Shown here: piece by piece, positions 52,615 to 62,130 of the stretch
Numbering within the stretch: the stretch's first letter is position 1
How the letters are laid out: every line of letters begins with the position of its first letter
Virus record (IMG/VR): IMGVR_UViG_3300032268_000986
Coordinates: 62,001 to 126,000 of that record
Length of the DNA stretch: 64,000 bases
Direction: 5' to 3' (one strand)
The notes under the pieces: generated by a model
Seen by the model: only the letters and a program-made list of their open reading frames with translations
What the model was told of the DNA's origin: nothing
The model's database searches: none
Position numbers and translations under genes: made by a program

Positions 52615-53140
52615 CGATTTTCTCACTGTAGAAGCCTTGGCCGAGTTAAAAGCCATACCAGTAAAGGCTCAACAAGCACAACCAGGACGCAGGGTTGGCA
52701 GTGAACGATTTGTGATAACTCCGGGTGTTCACAGCAAAACATTGCCCTATTTGTGCAGACTGTATGATGACTTGTGTTCAGGACCTGTGCGCCAGTTCTT
52801 TGAAGTCTGCACAGGAAAAAACTTCAGCGGACTTTACCTGCGCCTGGAAGTCATTTCCGACTGGGGCGATTTTTCGCTGACTCCACACCATGATCACTTG
52901 GAAAAGAAACTGTCAGCAATGATCTACACTGATCATCAACAGCTTTATCCGGGCACAGCACTCAGTGACGGATCTCGAGTGGAGTCTCGAGACAATCGTT
53001 GTTTCTTTTTTGTTCCGGACACTGACACTGTTCACAGCTATCCTGCCACGCACTTTGATCAGGTGCGCAGGTGCTTGATGATCAATTACTGGACCTATAA
53101 CGATCCCATTCGATTGCCTGATCAAACCATTCAGGCGTGA
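52508..53140 (+). CDS. Putative 2OG-Fe(II) oxygenase (start uncertain)
   Basis: PHHD, MIY, HSY, RRCLMINY. Confidence 0.7.
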   Translation: MWQTLVIAIGIGNKLLKRLITTTHKHQQPWRHWITDDFLTVEALAELKAIPVKAQQAQPGRRVGSERFVITPGVHSKTLPYLCRLYDDLCSGPVRQFFEVCTGKNFSGLYLRLEVISDWGDFSLTPHHDHLEKKLSAMIYTDHQQLYPGTALSDGSRVESRDNRCFFFVPDTDTVHSYPATHFDQVRRCLMINYWTYNDPIRLPDQTIQA

Positions 53141-53780
53141 TCTGTGTGCCTGGATGTTGTTGCATGTATTGCACAAACATGTCAACTGCCTGATCCTGCC
53201 CAGGGGTCACTGCTCGAGTCAACTCACTGTTGTACTCATACCAGAACAATCCGTAAGGTGCATCGGCATCAGTGAATCTAAACAAGAACTGTTGCCCTGG
53301 CACGGCACCGCACAACTGAGCAAATTGATCAAATGTCATCACTGGTTCTAGATTGGCATACAAGTGAGCACGATCTTGGCGTGTGCTCACAAACGCCGAC
53401 ACAGTGACAATTTCAGGCATGCGTTCAAGACATTTCAATCTTGAGTCTCCGGTACCAGCCTGGAAAGTACCGTCACCGCGATCTTGCAACAACCAAGGTT
53501 TCACAATGCCCTGACGTCGAATATCATGCAGCCACATGTTGAGTTTGACCAGGTTGGCTATGTCATAATGACACCGAGGCTCTGCCGCAAACCCTGCAAG
53601 CCCGTCATGGTTCAACCACTGCATGGCCCACTCACAGAGATCTGCCAGCTTTTGATTGGTCACCACATGATCTAGACCAGCAACAGGGTTATAGAACAAA
53701 CAGTGTGTGAGATTGTGTTCCACAAACGGATCAGCCTCAGTGGGCCATGTGATTTGAGTGAGAGGATTATTCCAGTACAT
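53082..53780 (-). CDS. Hypothetical protein
   Basis: TAAGTA 5 nt before second ATG; GTGDSR. Confidence 0.65.
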   Translation of the reverse strand: MYWNNPLTQITWPTEADPFVEHNLTHCLFYNPVAGLDHVVTNQKLADLCEWAMQWLNHDGLAGFAAEPRCHYDIANLVKLNMWLHDIRRQGIVKPWLLQDRGDGTFQAGTGDSRLKCLERMPEIVTVSAFVSTRQDRAHLYANLEPVMTFDQFAQLCGAVPGQQFLFRFTDADAPYGLFWYEYNSELTRAVTPGQDQAVDMFVQYMQQHPGTQITPEWFDQAIEWDRYRSSN

Positions 53781-53803
53781 GCTCATACTTAGTAAATATC
53801 AAC

Positions 53804-54778
53804 ATGGATTACAGTGTTTTGTTCAATCAGACTTTGCATGCCCTGGGCTTTGACGACTTGCATTGTGTGTACAACTGCTACGATGTCCCAGTTGATCCCA
53901 AATCGGGATGGCCGCTCAAACTGCCCGATATTGAGTTTGGGCCCAGGACCCTGTTGTTGTTGCACTTTCAAGATTTTGTCAACATCCGGGATGGACGAGT
54001 GCTGGAACTGGAACAGGTTGAAGCCCGTTACGGTGCCAATTGTGACCGTGTGGTGGTGACTTATTGGAATCATGGCCTGGACAAAATTTATTCAGGGCCT
54101 GTGCGTCTTGTGGAGTTCAGCAATCACAACTATGACATCTGCCTGGCCCTGCACCGAAGAAGTGCGGAATGGCTACCGGCCATGCAGAATTCACGTGAAC
54201 AAGCCTGGCAATGTCTCAACGGAAGAACCTGCAGACATCGACAACGTGCCTACTGGGCCTTGAGAGATCTTCCCAATGGCACAGTCACTTATGGCACTGA
54301 ACGTCCCTTGAGTCACTGGAATTATAGTTGTTATCGTGGCACTGAGAATGATGACAATTTCATTGCCTTGTCTTGGTTGTATGGTCACAATGCGGTGAAC
54401 ATTGTGACTGAGACTGAATACGACACTGCTCCGGGCATTGTGACTGAAAAAACCTTGATGGCCATTGCAGCTGGTCAGATCCCCATTGTGATTGGACATC
54501 AGGGCATTGTACAACATTGTCGCGAACTGGGGTTTGACATGTTTGATGATTTGGTGGACACCAGTTACGACACCTTGCCCAATGATGTTAGAGTAGAAGA
54601 AGCTGTACGTCGAAACCAAGATCTAATTGTGGGCAATCGAGATCTTGTTCCCTATCAAGATCGTATCCGGGCCAATCGTGATTACATGCTGAATGACTGG
54701 CCTACCCTGATGGAGTTGAGATTTATTCGCGATTGTGAACGCTTGGCTAGCGACTTATTGCCTGTACAAACCGTTTGA
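53804..54778 (+). CDS. Putative glycosyltransferase (GT10-like family)
   Basis: NIVTET...VTEKT...LGFDMFDD...SYD. Confidence 0.55.
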   Translation: MDYSVLFNQTLHALGFDDLHCVYNCYDVPVDPKSGWPLKLPDIEFGPRTLLLLHFQDFVNIRDGRVLELEQVEARYGANCDRVVVTYWNHGLDKIYSGPVRLVEFSNHNYDICLALHRRSAEWLPAMQNSREQAWQCLNGRTCRHRQRAYWALRDLPNGTVTYGTERPLSHWNYSCYRGTENDDNFIALSWLYGHNAVNIVTETEYDTAPGIVTEKTLMAIAAGQIPIVIGHQGIVQHCRELGFDMFDDLVDTSYDTLPNDVRVEEAVRRNQDLIVGNRDLVPYQDRIRANRDYMLNDWPTLMELRFIRDCERLASDLLPVQTV

Positions 54779-55112
54779 TATCACCATAGAGTGCATACAT
54801 GGTAGCTTCTCGACTGCCAAACAATGTGATGCTGGGAGTTTTTCCCATGCGCAGAAAATACGGGCAAGTAACATGTCTACTCAAAGCAATCAACTGAGCT
54901 GGACTGGCCGGTGTGTTGGCTGCTACGCTAAACACATACTTTTCAATTTTTAATTCTTCAAACACATGGTAGCCATGTTGGCTCAATCTCAATCCACCAT
55001 CATCTCTAAGGTCTTGCCACCAAAGTTCATTGGCAGCCGCCAGTGTTACTTGGTCGCGCTGAGACGCTGGTAATTGATCATAAATGCTTTGAGTCAACTT
55101 GGCACGGTTCAC
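54747..55112 (-). CDS. Hypothetical protein
   Basis: GGLRLS motif, coupled ORF. Confidence 0.65.
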   Translation of the reverse strand: MNRAKLTQSIYDQLPASQRDQVTLAAANELWWQDLRDDGGLRLSQHGYHVFEELKIEKYVFSVAANTPASPAQLIALSRHVTCPYFLRMGKTPSITLFGSREATMYALYGDIKRFVQAISR

Positions 55113-56341
55113 AGCAGTGCATCATGTATCATCTGTGTGTGATTTCGTTCCCAAAACAAGCGTTGGTTGTATTTGAGTTTTTCCTGAACAGGTGCGCTCT
55201 GTAGTATTTCCAGAGCATCGGCACGATCACAGAAAGATTTCAAGTTTTGACCAATATGCATGACCGGACCAATGCCGGCATTCATGTCATCATAACCTTC
55301 TTCAAACAGTTCAGGAAAGGTTTGATACCCACATTGTCTCAACGTATGCAGGCTACCGCGGCATCCATTGATCATGAAAGGCATACCGTACAGTATGGGC
55401 CTGTAGGTTTTTTCAGTCAAGAATGTGCAATTCCACATGGCGTGATGTGTTTCGTTGACCACTTCAATCATGCACTGTCGTTGCATTGAATCTGTGTTGA
55501 ACCACCCCACAGTGTGTGAGTTGTTGTGTCGGTCGTTACTGTTTAGGTACGTGCCACTGAGTACTTTGTTTTTTTCCAAAAACAACTTGAAGTTGGGATT
55601 ACAACTGATACCATAGTGAAAAACTGATCCTTTTTCAACATAGTGATTCCAGGGCAATTGACTAGGCTGAAAAGTGATCAACCCATCTCCTTGAACGTCC
55701 AAGTATTCAAGATACAATGCCAGCACCAGTCGATGCACACGTAGCACACCACCTAGAAACAAAAACTTGTGTTTGCGGTCTGCAAAGTCTGTACCAGGAA
55801 GTTCTTGATTGTGAAAAAACTTTTGTGCCTGTTGTTGAAACATGGCCTCGCAAAACGGATGATAGATCCATTTCACACGCCAGTCTCTGTGCTGGCTCAT
55901 TTCCAAACTATTGGTGCCCAAGAGAACTTTTACTGAATCAGATCTGGTAATACCTATTCGATTCAATCTAGTGCAGAACTGATCTTGCCACTCTTTGAGA
56001 GTACGGTCGTCAAAACTTTCGTGCGTGAACACCACCAGTAGATCCAGCATGCCTTCGTTGACTTTATCACGTACATCAACTGGTATCACAGACAATGCAG
56101 CATGATCCTGCAAATGATGTATGGTTCCGCAAAACATCAAGTACTGGCCTGGCCGCTTGATGTCCGGGGTATATTCACGAACTTCAAAATACTGGCCAGA
56201 GTCTCGGAATCCCAACAGCTGATTGATAAAAATTTCAGTGTTCCACCCATGTGGTTTGGTAGTGGGCCATAGTTTGTAAAACTCATCGGGGCTTTGCCAA
56301 GCCATGGTGGCAGGATCTTGGTGTGAATAGATTCGAATCAT
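55109..56341 (-). CDS. Putative glycosyltransferase (GT10-like family)
   Basis: VNET...FLTEKTYRPI...GYQTF...GYD. Confidence 0.55.
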   Translation of the reverse strand: MIRIYSHQDPATMAWQSPDEFYKLWPTTKPHGWNTEIFINQLLGFRDSGQYFEVREYTPDIKRPGQYLMFCGTIHHLQDHAALSVIPVDVRDKVNEGMLDLLVVFTHESFDDRTLKEWQDQFCTRLNRIGITRSDSVKVLLGTNSLEMSQHRDWRVKWIYHPFCEAMFQQQAQKFFHNQELPGTDFADRKHKFLFLGGVLRVHRLVLALYLEYLDVQGDGLITFQPSQLPWNHYVEKGSVFHYGISCNPNFKLFLEKNKVLSGTYLNSNDRHNNSHTVGWFNTDSMQRQCMIEVVNETHHAMWNCTFLTEKTYRPILYGMPFMINGCRGSLHTLRQCGYQTFPELFEEGYDDMNAGIGPVMHIGQNLKSFCDRADALEILQSAPVQEKLKYNQRLFWERNHTQMIHDALL

Positions 56342-56628
56342 GGAAAAATAGTATTGCCTTGCTGTAATAAAACCACAGTGAATTTTTCAGTTTTGAATTG
56401 GCTATTGAGCTTGCGAGCAAGATTCCTGGCATGGCCAGGATTGCTAAAACTGACTTTTTTATACTTGGGCCCTGGGTACTGCGTGAGCATGTTGGTGGTT
56501 TTTAAGTTAATGGGTTTGGAGTCGTAGAACACTGCCCACACACCTTCAGAGGCCAAGACCTGTTCAGTCTTGTAGGTCTGTTTGTTGGTGTGTTCGATTA
56601 ATATTTGCGGCTTGGGTCTACTCATCAT
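56338..56628 (-). CDS. Hypothetical phage protein
   Basis: SD aggag; MSRPKP...GPKYKKVSFSNPGHA. Confidence 0.7.
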   Translation of the reverse strand: MMSRPKPQILIEHTNKQTYKTEQVLASEGVWAVFYDSKPINLKTTNMLTQYPGPKYKKVSFSNPGHARNLARKLNSQFKTEKFTVVLLQQGNTIFP

Positions 56629-56652
56629 TAACTCCTAGTATTATTTATGTCA

Positions 56653-56874
56653 TTAACTAGGGTTTTTAAAACTACCACCATTGACCACAATGTCCAGGAT
56701 TTCTTGTGATTCTTGCTGATGTGTTGGCTGGTGTACATTTTGCAAGGCCAACAGCAATTTTGTAATGTCTGCATGCAGATCCTTGGCATCACGCAAGGTC
56801 ATCACAAAGTCACGTTGACCACGTGCTTCATGTGATTTGATGGCATCTACAAACCGATTGATGTGTAGGCTCAT
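56653..56874 (-). CDS. Hypothetical protein
   Basis: Coupled ORF ending GGSF. Confidence 0.65.
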   Translation of the reverse strand: MSLHINRFVDAIKSHEARGQRDFVMTLRDAKDLHADITKLLLALQNVHQPTHQQESQEILDIVVNGGSFKNPS

Positions 56875-57569
56875 TCTTTTCTTTCGCCAAACAACTGCAA
56901 CAGATTCAAAAACAAGTTGATAAAGTCCATGTACAATGTCAATGCGCCGCGTACTTCTGCAGCCGCACTGGTCTCTACCGAGAGTTCTTCACGAATCTTT
57001 TGTGTGTCATAGGCAGTGAGTCCCAGAAAGATTATGATGGCCAGGGCTGAAATCACCATCTGCATCACAGTTGAGCCAATAAAGATGTTCACGATGCTGG
57101 CAATCACAATGGCAATCAAGCCCACAAACAAGAACTTGCCCAGGCTGTCTAAACTCTGTTTGGTAAAGTAGCCATAGCCACTCATCACACCAAACAGGAT
57201 GGCAGCACCCATGAACGCACTCACAATTGATCCCATGTTGAACACAGCAAAGATCATTGAAAAGCTCAAGCCCATCAGCGCGGCAAATCCCCACAGGCAT
57301 AACTCTGCCACACGTTTGCTGGGATTATTGCCCAGCACATAACTGACACCAAAAATGGCGGCCAAGGGTGCAAAGATCACGATCCACTTTAGTACACCGG
57401 TAAAAAAGAACTGCAATAGTTCGGGTGTGGTGCCCACAAAGTAGCTGATCATCATTGATATGATGACAGCAAAACTCATGTGTCCGTACACACGACCCAT
57501 GGCCGAGTTGATTTCGCTTGCGCTGCGATAGTTTATCACGCTACCGTCTGTATAATTTGCACCAAACAT
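56871..57569 (-). CDS. Bax inhibitor-1/YccA family membrane protein
   Basis: About 7 TM; AYDTQKI, ALTLYMDFINLF. Confidence 0.93.
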   Translation of the reverse strand: MFGANYTDGSVINYRSASEINSAMGRVYGHMSFAVIISMMISYFVGTTPELLQFFFTGVLKWIVIFAPLAAIFGVSYVLGNNPSKRVAELCLWGFAALMGLSFSMIFAVFNMGSIVSAFMGAAILFGVMSGYGYFTKQSLDSLGKFLFVGLIAIVIASIVNIFIGSTVMQMVISALAIIIFLGLTAYDTQKIREELSVETSAAAEVRGALTLYMDFINLFLNLLQLFGERKE

Positions 57570-57572
57570 GAT

Positions 57573-57932
57573 TTACCCCTTAGTTAAAAATGTATTTAAT
57601 ACCGGCGCGGTCCAGCCCAGGGGCTTGAGAACTTTGCCATCTTCACGTTTGCGTACCTTGCCTGTTTCTGGATCAATCTTGGCAAAGTTGGTACGCATGA
57701 CTTCTTTCCATGCACCTTCGGCATCGGCACCCATGCTGTGGATGGCACCAATTGTGACCACCAAGATATCAATCAAGGCATCAAGATCACCTTCCATGGT
57801 GGTGCTCTCTTCAAGCTCTTTGACTTCCTCTTGTATTAGGTTGTAGTAAAGACGATACTGGTCAATGTTTTCAACGTCTGTGGTTTGATCACAGGCCTTC
57901 ATGAATTTTTCTTGATCTCTAAACGGATTCAT
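57573..57932 (-). CDS. MazG-like NTP pyrophosphohydrolase
   Basis: LIQEEVKEL, DALID, V.RTN.AK, REDGKVLKP. Confidence 0.85.
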   Translation of the reverse strand: MNPFRDQEKFMKACDQTTDVENIDQYRLYYNLIQEEVKELEESTTMEGDLDALIDILVVTIGAIHSMGADAEGAWKEVMRTNFAKIDPETGKVRKREDGKVLKPLGWTAPVLNTFLTKG

Positions 57933-58353
57933 AAATTTCCTCTTCTAAATAGCGTTTTAATTCTTTATCAGTGGGTTCTACACTGTAGTTCTGCTTGAAA
58001 AATATTTCATAGCTATCACTACCGTATTTGCCAATGCCATGTAACTTGGTGGCATCATCCAAGTTCCATTCCAGGAAGTCTTGGGTCATACGGCACAGTC
58101 TTTCGTAACGTCGATTGACCATGCCTAGACTCCGTATCACATTCTTGACCTCTTGTTCCTTTTGATGTATCCAGAACGTGGATGGAGTTGGCCAGCGATC
58201 CATGAATATAGGGAATACTGTTTTAACTGGTTTACGTCCGGTTTGGTTCAGCATGATCACGGCCACCATGTGTTGCCAGGCCGCTACCCGACCTTCGAGG
58301 CCTGCAGGCAACTGCTGTTGTACCATGAGATCATCGCGCAATGGATTTGTCAC
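57919..58353 (-). CDS. HhH-GPD DNA glycosylase (MBD4-like)
   Basis: IMLNQT, LHGIGKYGSDSYEIF, PTDKEL. Confidence 0.85.
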   Translation of the reverse strand: MTNPLRDDLMVQQQLPAGLEGRVAAWQHMVAVIMLNQTGRKPVKTVFPIFMDRWPTPSTFWIHQKEQEVKNVIRSLGMVNRRYERLCRMTQDFLEWNLDDATKLHGIGKYGSDSYEIFFKQNYSVEPTDKELKRYLEEEIYESV

Positions 58354-58783
58354 GAGCTTCTCCTTCGGTATGAAATGGGCCCTGGTACGGGTAACGTTGA
58401 AGTGAAATCAACTTGGGGTTTTGAACTGCTTTCCAGTTCTTGTGTTGTTTGACTATATACCAGCCTGCGGCATACCAGGACTTGGACTTGGAGTCACGAG
58501 TAAACAACGGCAAACGATGCTTGACGTCCCATAGTGGGTTGTAAACACGACCTGATACTTGGTAACCGTGTACATGATTGACTGATTGTTTGACAGGCCG
58601 GTTGGCTTTTTCAAATTCAATATTGGCCGCTCGCCCGGCCATTTTGATGGTCTTGTATCTAACCACTTGGTCTTGAATACGAACTACTACCCCATCGTCT
58701 TCGGCTTCAACTTGTCCAATCTTGCGATCGTCTTTTTTGAGAATCCAAAATCTGTTAGCTACCACTGGTAGTGCTTGAATCAT
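58331..58783 (-). CDS. Hypothetical phage protein
   Basis: LPLFT..SKS.YAAGWY...YQGPF. Confidence 0.7.
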   Translation of the reverse strand: MIQALPVVANRFWILKKDDRKIGQVEAEDDGVVVRIQDQVVRYKTIKMAGRAANIEFEKANRPVKQSVNHVHGYQVSGRVYNPLWDVKHRLPLFTRDSKSKSWYAAGWYIVKQHKNWKAVQNPKLISLQRYPYQGPFHTEGEARDKSIAR

Positions 58784-59813
58784 CTAATACTCCTTGATAT
58801 GTTTTGTTGAGCCAGTGTCCAATGGTGTCGGCATGGTCACTGAGTTTGATTAAATCGTATCGGCCACAGAACTTCATGAAGTGTGCGCCCACCATGCCGA
58901 TGTCACGATGGCTGATTTGTTCACGTATTACTGAATCCACTGTGCGTTTGATGTCATCGGGCTGTGCAGTGAGATCAATCAACACACAATTGCGTTCATA
59001 ATCTTCCAAGACCTTGTGTTCAGTCTGGTTATGGTCCAGCCAACGCTGAAGCATGAGATTGTTCCAGGCATATCCTTTTCTGTCACGATCTTCAAACGCT
59101 TCTGTGAGTCCCACTTGATTTTTTGTGCCCTTGACTCGCACACCTGGATAGGCCGAGAACACATTGTCACCGGGATCGCCGCGCATGCATTTCATGAACA
59201 GCACCCATTTCTGATAGTTGGCAGGAGTTTCAAAATCTGCATTGGCCTTGCCTACCTTGATCTTGCTGTTGCTTTCAATAGAGAATGCCAACTTGCGACC
59301 TTTGTCGTCAAACACGCCATCGGGTGTAAACAAGTGGTCATTGATGCCATTGAATAATTGCACATTGGGCGCAACCAGTTGCACGAAATCAGAGTCACTG
59401 CTGACAATAACATGTTCATCTTGGGGGTGCAGGGCAATCCATCGAGCAATCAAATCATCAGCTTCGGCGGTGGCACAACGGAGCACACTGCAATTTGTTT
59501 TGGTGGACAAATATTTAGTCAGCTCATCATAGGTCTCCCAAAACAGTTTGTCCTCTTCTGCTTCGGTTTCGCTCATGGTTTGTCGCGCCACTGTGCGATT
59601 TTTCTTGTAGGGCTCATAGTGATCTTTGCGCCAGCTGCGCCCCTCTAGACAGAAAACCACGTGATCTGCACCAAATTTTCTAGCAACTTTGTTGGCGCTC
59701 ATCATGGTCAGATGTATAGCAAAGCCCAATTTGGTCCATGTGTCACTGGCTCTGTGTGCCTGATGACGAGCACGGAAAAACATGTTACTAGTGTCAATCA
59801 GTAGATAGCGCAT
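58755..59813 (-). CDS. Phage RNase H / 5'-3' flap exonuclease
   Basis: LID, YKKNR, EADD, SSDSDFVQL, GDPGDNV. Confidence 0.9.
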   Translation of the reverse strand: MRYLLIDTSNMFFRARHQAHRASDTWTKLGFAIHLTMMSANKVARKFGADHVVFCLEGRSWRKDHYEPYKKNRTVARQTMSETEAEEDKLFWETYDELTKYLSTKTNCSVLRCATAEADDLIARWIALHPQDEHVIVSSDSDFVQLVAPNVQLFNGINDHLFTPDGVFDDKGRKLAFSIESNSKIKVGKANADFETPANYQKWVLFMKCMRGDPGDNVFSAYPGVRVKGTKNQVGLTEAFEDRDRKGYAWNNLMLQRWLDHNQTEHKVLEDYERNCVLIDLTAQPDDIKRTVDSVIREQISHRDIGMVGAHFMKFCGRYDLIKLSDHADTIGHWLNKTYQGVLDDSSTTSGS

Positions 59814-60513
59814 TGTAGGTTACCAAGTTGTGTTTGTTGATGTATTGTAACAGATACTTGGACCAAAAGCAATGGCCTTTGGCATCAAAATGGTACCATT
59901 TTGTAGGCACATGCCCGTTTTGTTGTAAAATTGCATTGTAAGAACTAGATTGGGCATATGGGTCTAGGTAACTAGCACCCCAATCGTGGCGATTTTGGAT
60001 ATCACTAAAGGTGCTGTGACCGCTGTAGAACAAGTGGGGTATATTTAGGTTTTGTAATTCACAATGCAATTCCCAAATTTTTTCATGACATTCTTGAGTT
60101 TTGATTTCCCAATCTACGTCAATCACAAACTGTCGGTATTGCTGTTGCAGTTCTGCAGGTACCCAGTCCACGCCCGATGCATTGACCTGATACCAAGTTC
60201 CGCGGTGCAACCACTCTTCTCTTTCCCATGTGGTCCACTGTATGGCCATGAACACATTGTTTAGTTGATCGGGATTGTTGGCAATCCATTGTCTAGTGGT
60301 TCTGATGATACGATCGTTGCTGCTGGCCGATTCTGCATCACACCACAGTGTCATGCCAAGATCTTTGGACAACTGTGTACACCAACTGGCTGCTAGGTTC
60401 AGAGGATGCGGACTGCGGTCTATGCCAAGTTTCCCGTCATCCACAGCAAAGCAATCGGGCACCACTGCTTCAGCAGCCGCTGTGTGGCTGCAACCGTTGG
60501 CGTATAGTATCAT
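59794..60513 (-). CDS. Hypothetical SGNH-like protein
   Basis: ILYANGCSH, SNDRIIRTT, C-terminal H...H..W. Confidence 0.6.
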   Translation of the reverse strand: MILYANGCSHTAAAEAVVPDCFAVDDGKLGIDRSPHPLNLAASWCTQLSKDLGMTLWCDAESASSNDRIIRTTRQWIANNPDQLNNVFMAIQWTTWEREEWLHRGTWYQVNASGVDWVPAELQQQYRQFVIDVDWEIKTQECHEKIWELHCELQNLNIPHLFYSGHSTFSDIQNRHDWGASYLDPYAQSSSYNAILQQNGHVPTKWYHFDAKGHCFWSKYLLQYINKHNLVTYNALSTD

Positions 60514-61232
60514 GATTTTAAATTGTTTTCAATATATGGCTTCAATTCCCGAGCCCAGGCCAGATGTGCATCTTTTCCATAATGACCATCTTTGTCCGGT
60601 AAAAACCCACGAGATCGGCACCAAAGACAGAATTGATCAGTGCTGTCGTGTAGACCGTATGGTTGATAGTAACTGTGACCCCAGTCATACTCTTCAAATC
60701 TTCCGTCCAAGCTGAACATTTGTGCAGTGTTGAAAAACAAATGTTTGACTGAATGTGCATTTAGCCACTCATGAAATTTGATCAAGGTAGCATGATGTTG
60801 TTTCTGAATGTGATAGTAACCGGTTGAACTAACACTCCAATCAATCACCCATTGACGATATTTTTCTTGCATGGCATACGGTAATTTTTCGTAGCCACTG
60901 GAGTTTATGGGCCACCAGTGTCCATGATTGTCTGCCCATTCTTCTCGTTCAAAGCTGGGCATGCCAATTAGCACAAACACCTTTCCTTGAGTTTGATAAA
61001 CAAACTGCTTGGTAGTTCTAATTGCTCGAGCAATGCTGCCACCTGATCTAGCCTGGCACACCAGGTCCATGCCCATGTCACGTGCCAGGACTGCGCCGTA
61101 ACTGTGTGGTAGATTGTCTGGATGCGGTGCTTCGTCTATGTGATGGAACTGGTTATCATTTGTAGTCATGCCGGCTGTGCTGCCTGTGCCATGCCCTAGA
61201 CTGTGACTATCACCATTTACATACAATATCAT
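60510..61232 (-). CDS. Hypothetical SGNH-like protein (tandem paralogue)
   Basis: ILYVNGDSH, DGHYGKDAHLAW. Confidence 0.6.
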   Translation of the reverse strand: MILYVNGDSHSLGHGTGSTAGMTTNDNQFHHIDEAPHPDNLPHSYGAVLARDMGMDLVCQARSGGSIARAIRTTKQFVYQTQGKVFVLIGMPSFEREEWADNHGHWWPINSSGYEKLPYAMQEKYRQWVIDWSVSSTGYYHIQKQHHATLIKFHEWLNAHSVKHLFFNTAQMFSLDGRFEEYDWGHSYYQPYGLHDSTDQFCLWCRSRGFLPDKDGHYGKDAHLAWARELKPYIENNLKS

Positions 61233-61705
61233 CGTTGTAACAATACTTTTTCTGTTTCAGCAGCTACAACACGTTTGCGTAGGCTTGAACTGGAGAACGA
61301 GTGATCTCTGCCGTTGAATATAATCTCAATACCGCGATCATAACATTCGTCGCGTCCTGAAAAATCTTTGTTTTCATACTCTACTCCCAGTACCCGAACA
61401 TCTAATGGAAGGATCAGGAGAAGGTCACGTAGATCTTGTTCGGTTTGATACACCACAACCTCGTCTACATAACGGCATGCGGCCAACTGTATCTGTCGCT
61501 CAACAATGCTTTGTACCGGTCGGTTCTTGGTGCCAGGACGATCAATTGTGGGATCAGTTTGCAATCCACATATCAAGTAGTCGCAGTGATTTTTTGCTTC
61601 ACTCAGCATGGCAATGTGGCCTGCATGCAGCATGTCAAATGTGGAGAAAGTGATACCAATCTTTTTACCATCAGCTTTGAGTTGTTTGACATGGTTGAAT
61701 ATCAT
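61229..61705 (-). CDS. Glycerol-3-phosphate cytidylyltransferase-like nucleotidyltransferase
   Basis: FDMLHAGH (HxGH), ER, RDHSFSSSSLR. Confidence 0.88.
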   Translation of the reverse strand: MIFNHVKQLKADGKKIGITFSTFDMLHAGHIAMLSEAKNHCDYLICGLQTDPTIDRPGTKNRPVQSIVERQIQLAACRYVDEVVVYQTEQDLRDLLLILPLDVRVLGVEYENKDFSGRDECYDRGIEIIFNGRDHSFSSSSLRKRVVAAETEKVLLQR

Positions 61706-62130
61706 GATACTTCGCTCCTGCCATCTCCTATATCTCGAGTGCTTACATATATGCCAGATTGACGCATGGCCTGTTCTTGTTCCCAGGTTTCCATCACTAC
61801 GTGTCTGCACACATTTTGGAACCACCGATCCACAATGTCTGAATCAGTGTCTGTGGGCTTCATCATGTAACCGGACTTGACCAGGCGAGCAACAAACAAT
61901 TCATTCCAGTCTAACTCAAAAGCACCCTGATGTAAATTTTCGGGATCCACATCAATTCTCAGTACCTGCACCCAAGGGTCTCCACGTTCGGTGGCCAATT
62001 GTTTTTCAGTCTTGACTGGATCTCGGGGCTTCTTGACAGGAGGTGCCGGCTGCGCATCAGGTTGGGGAGCAGCAGGTGCAGGGTTTACGTTGGCATTCTT
62101 ACCAAACCATCCCTTGATTGATTCAAACAT
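61702..62130 (-). CDS. Hypothetical phage protein
   Basis: GAFELDWN...VDRWF. Confidence 0.7.
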   Translation of the reverse strand: MFESIKGWFGKNANVNPAPAAPQPDAQPAPPVKKPRDPVKTEKQLATERGDPWVQVLRIDVDPENLHQGAFELDWNELFVARLVKSGYMMKPTDTDSDIVDRWFQNVCRHVVMETWEQEQAMRQSGIYVSTRDIGDGRSEVS

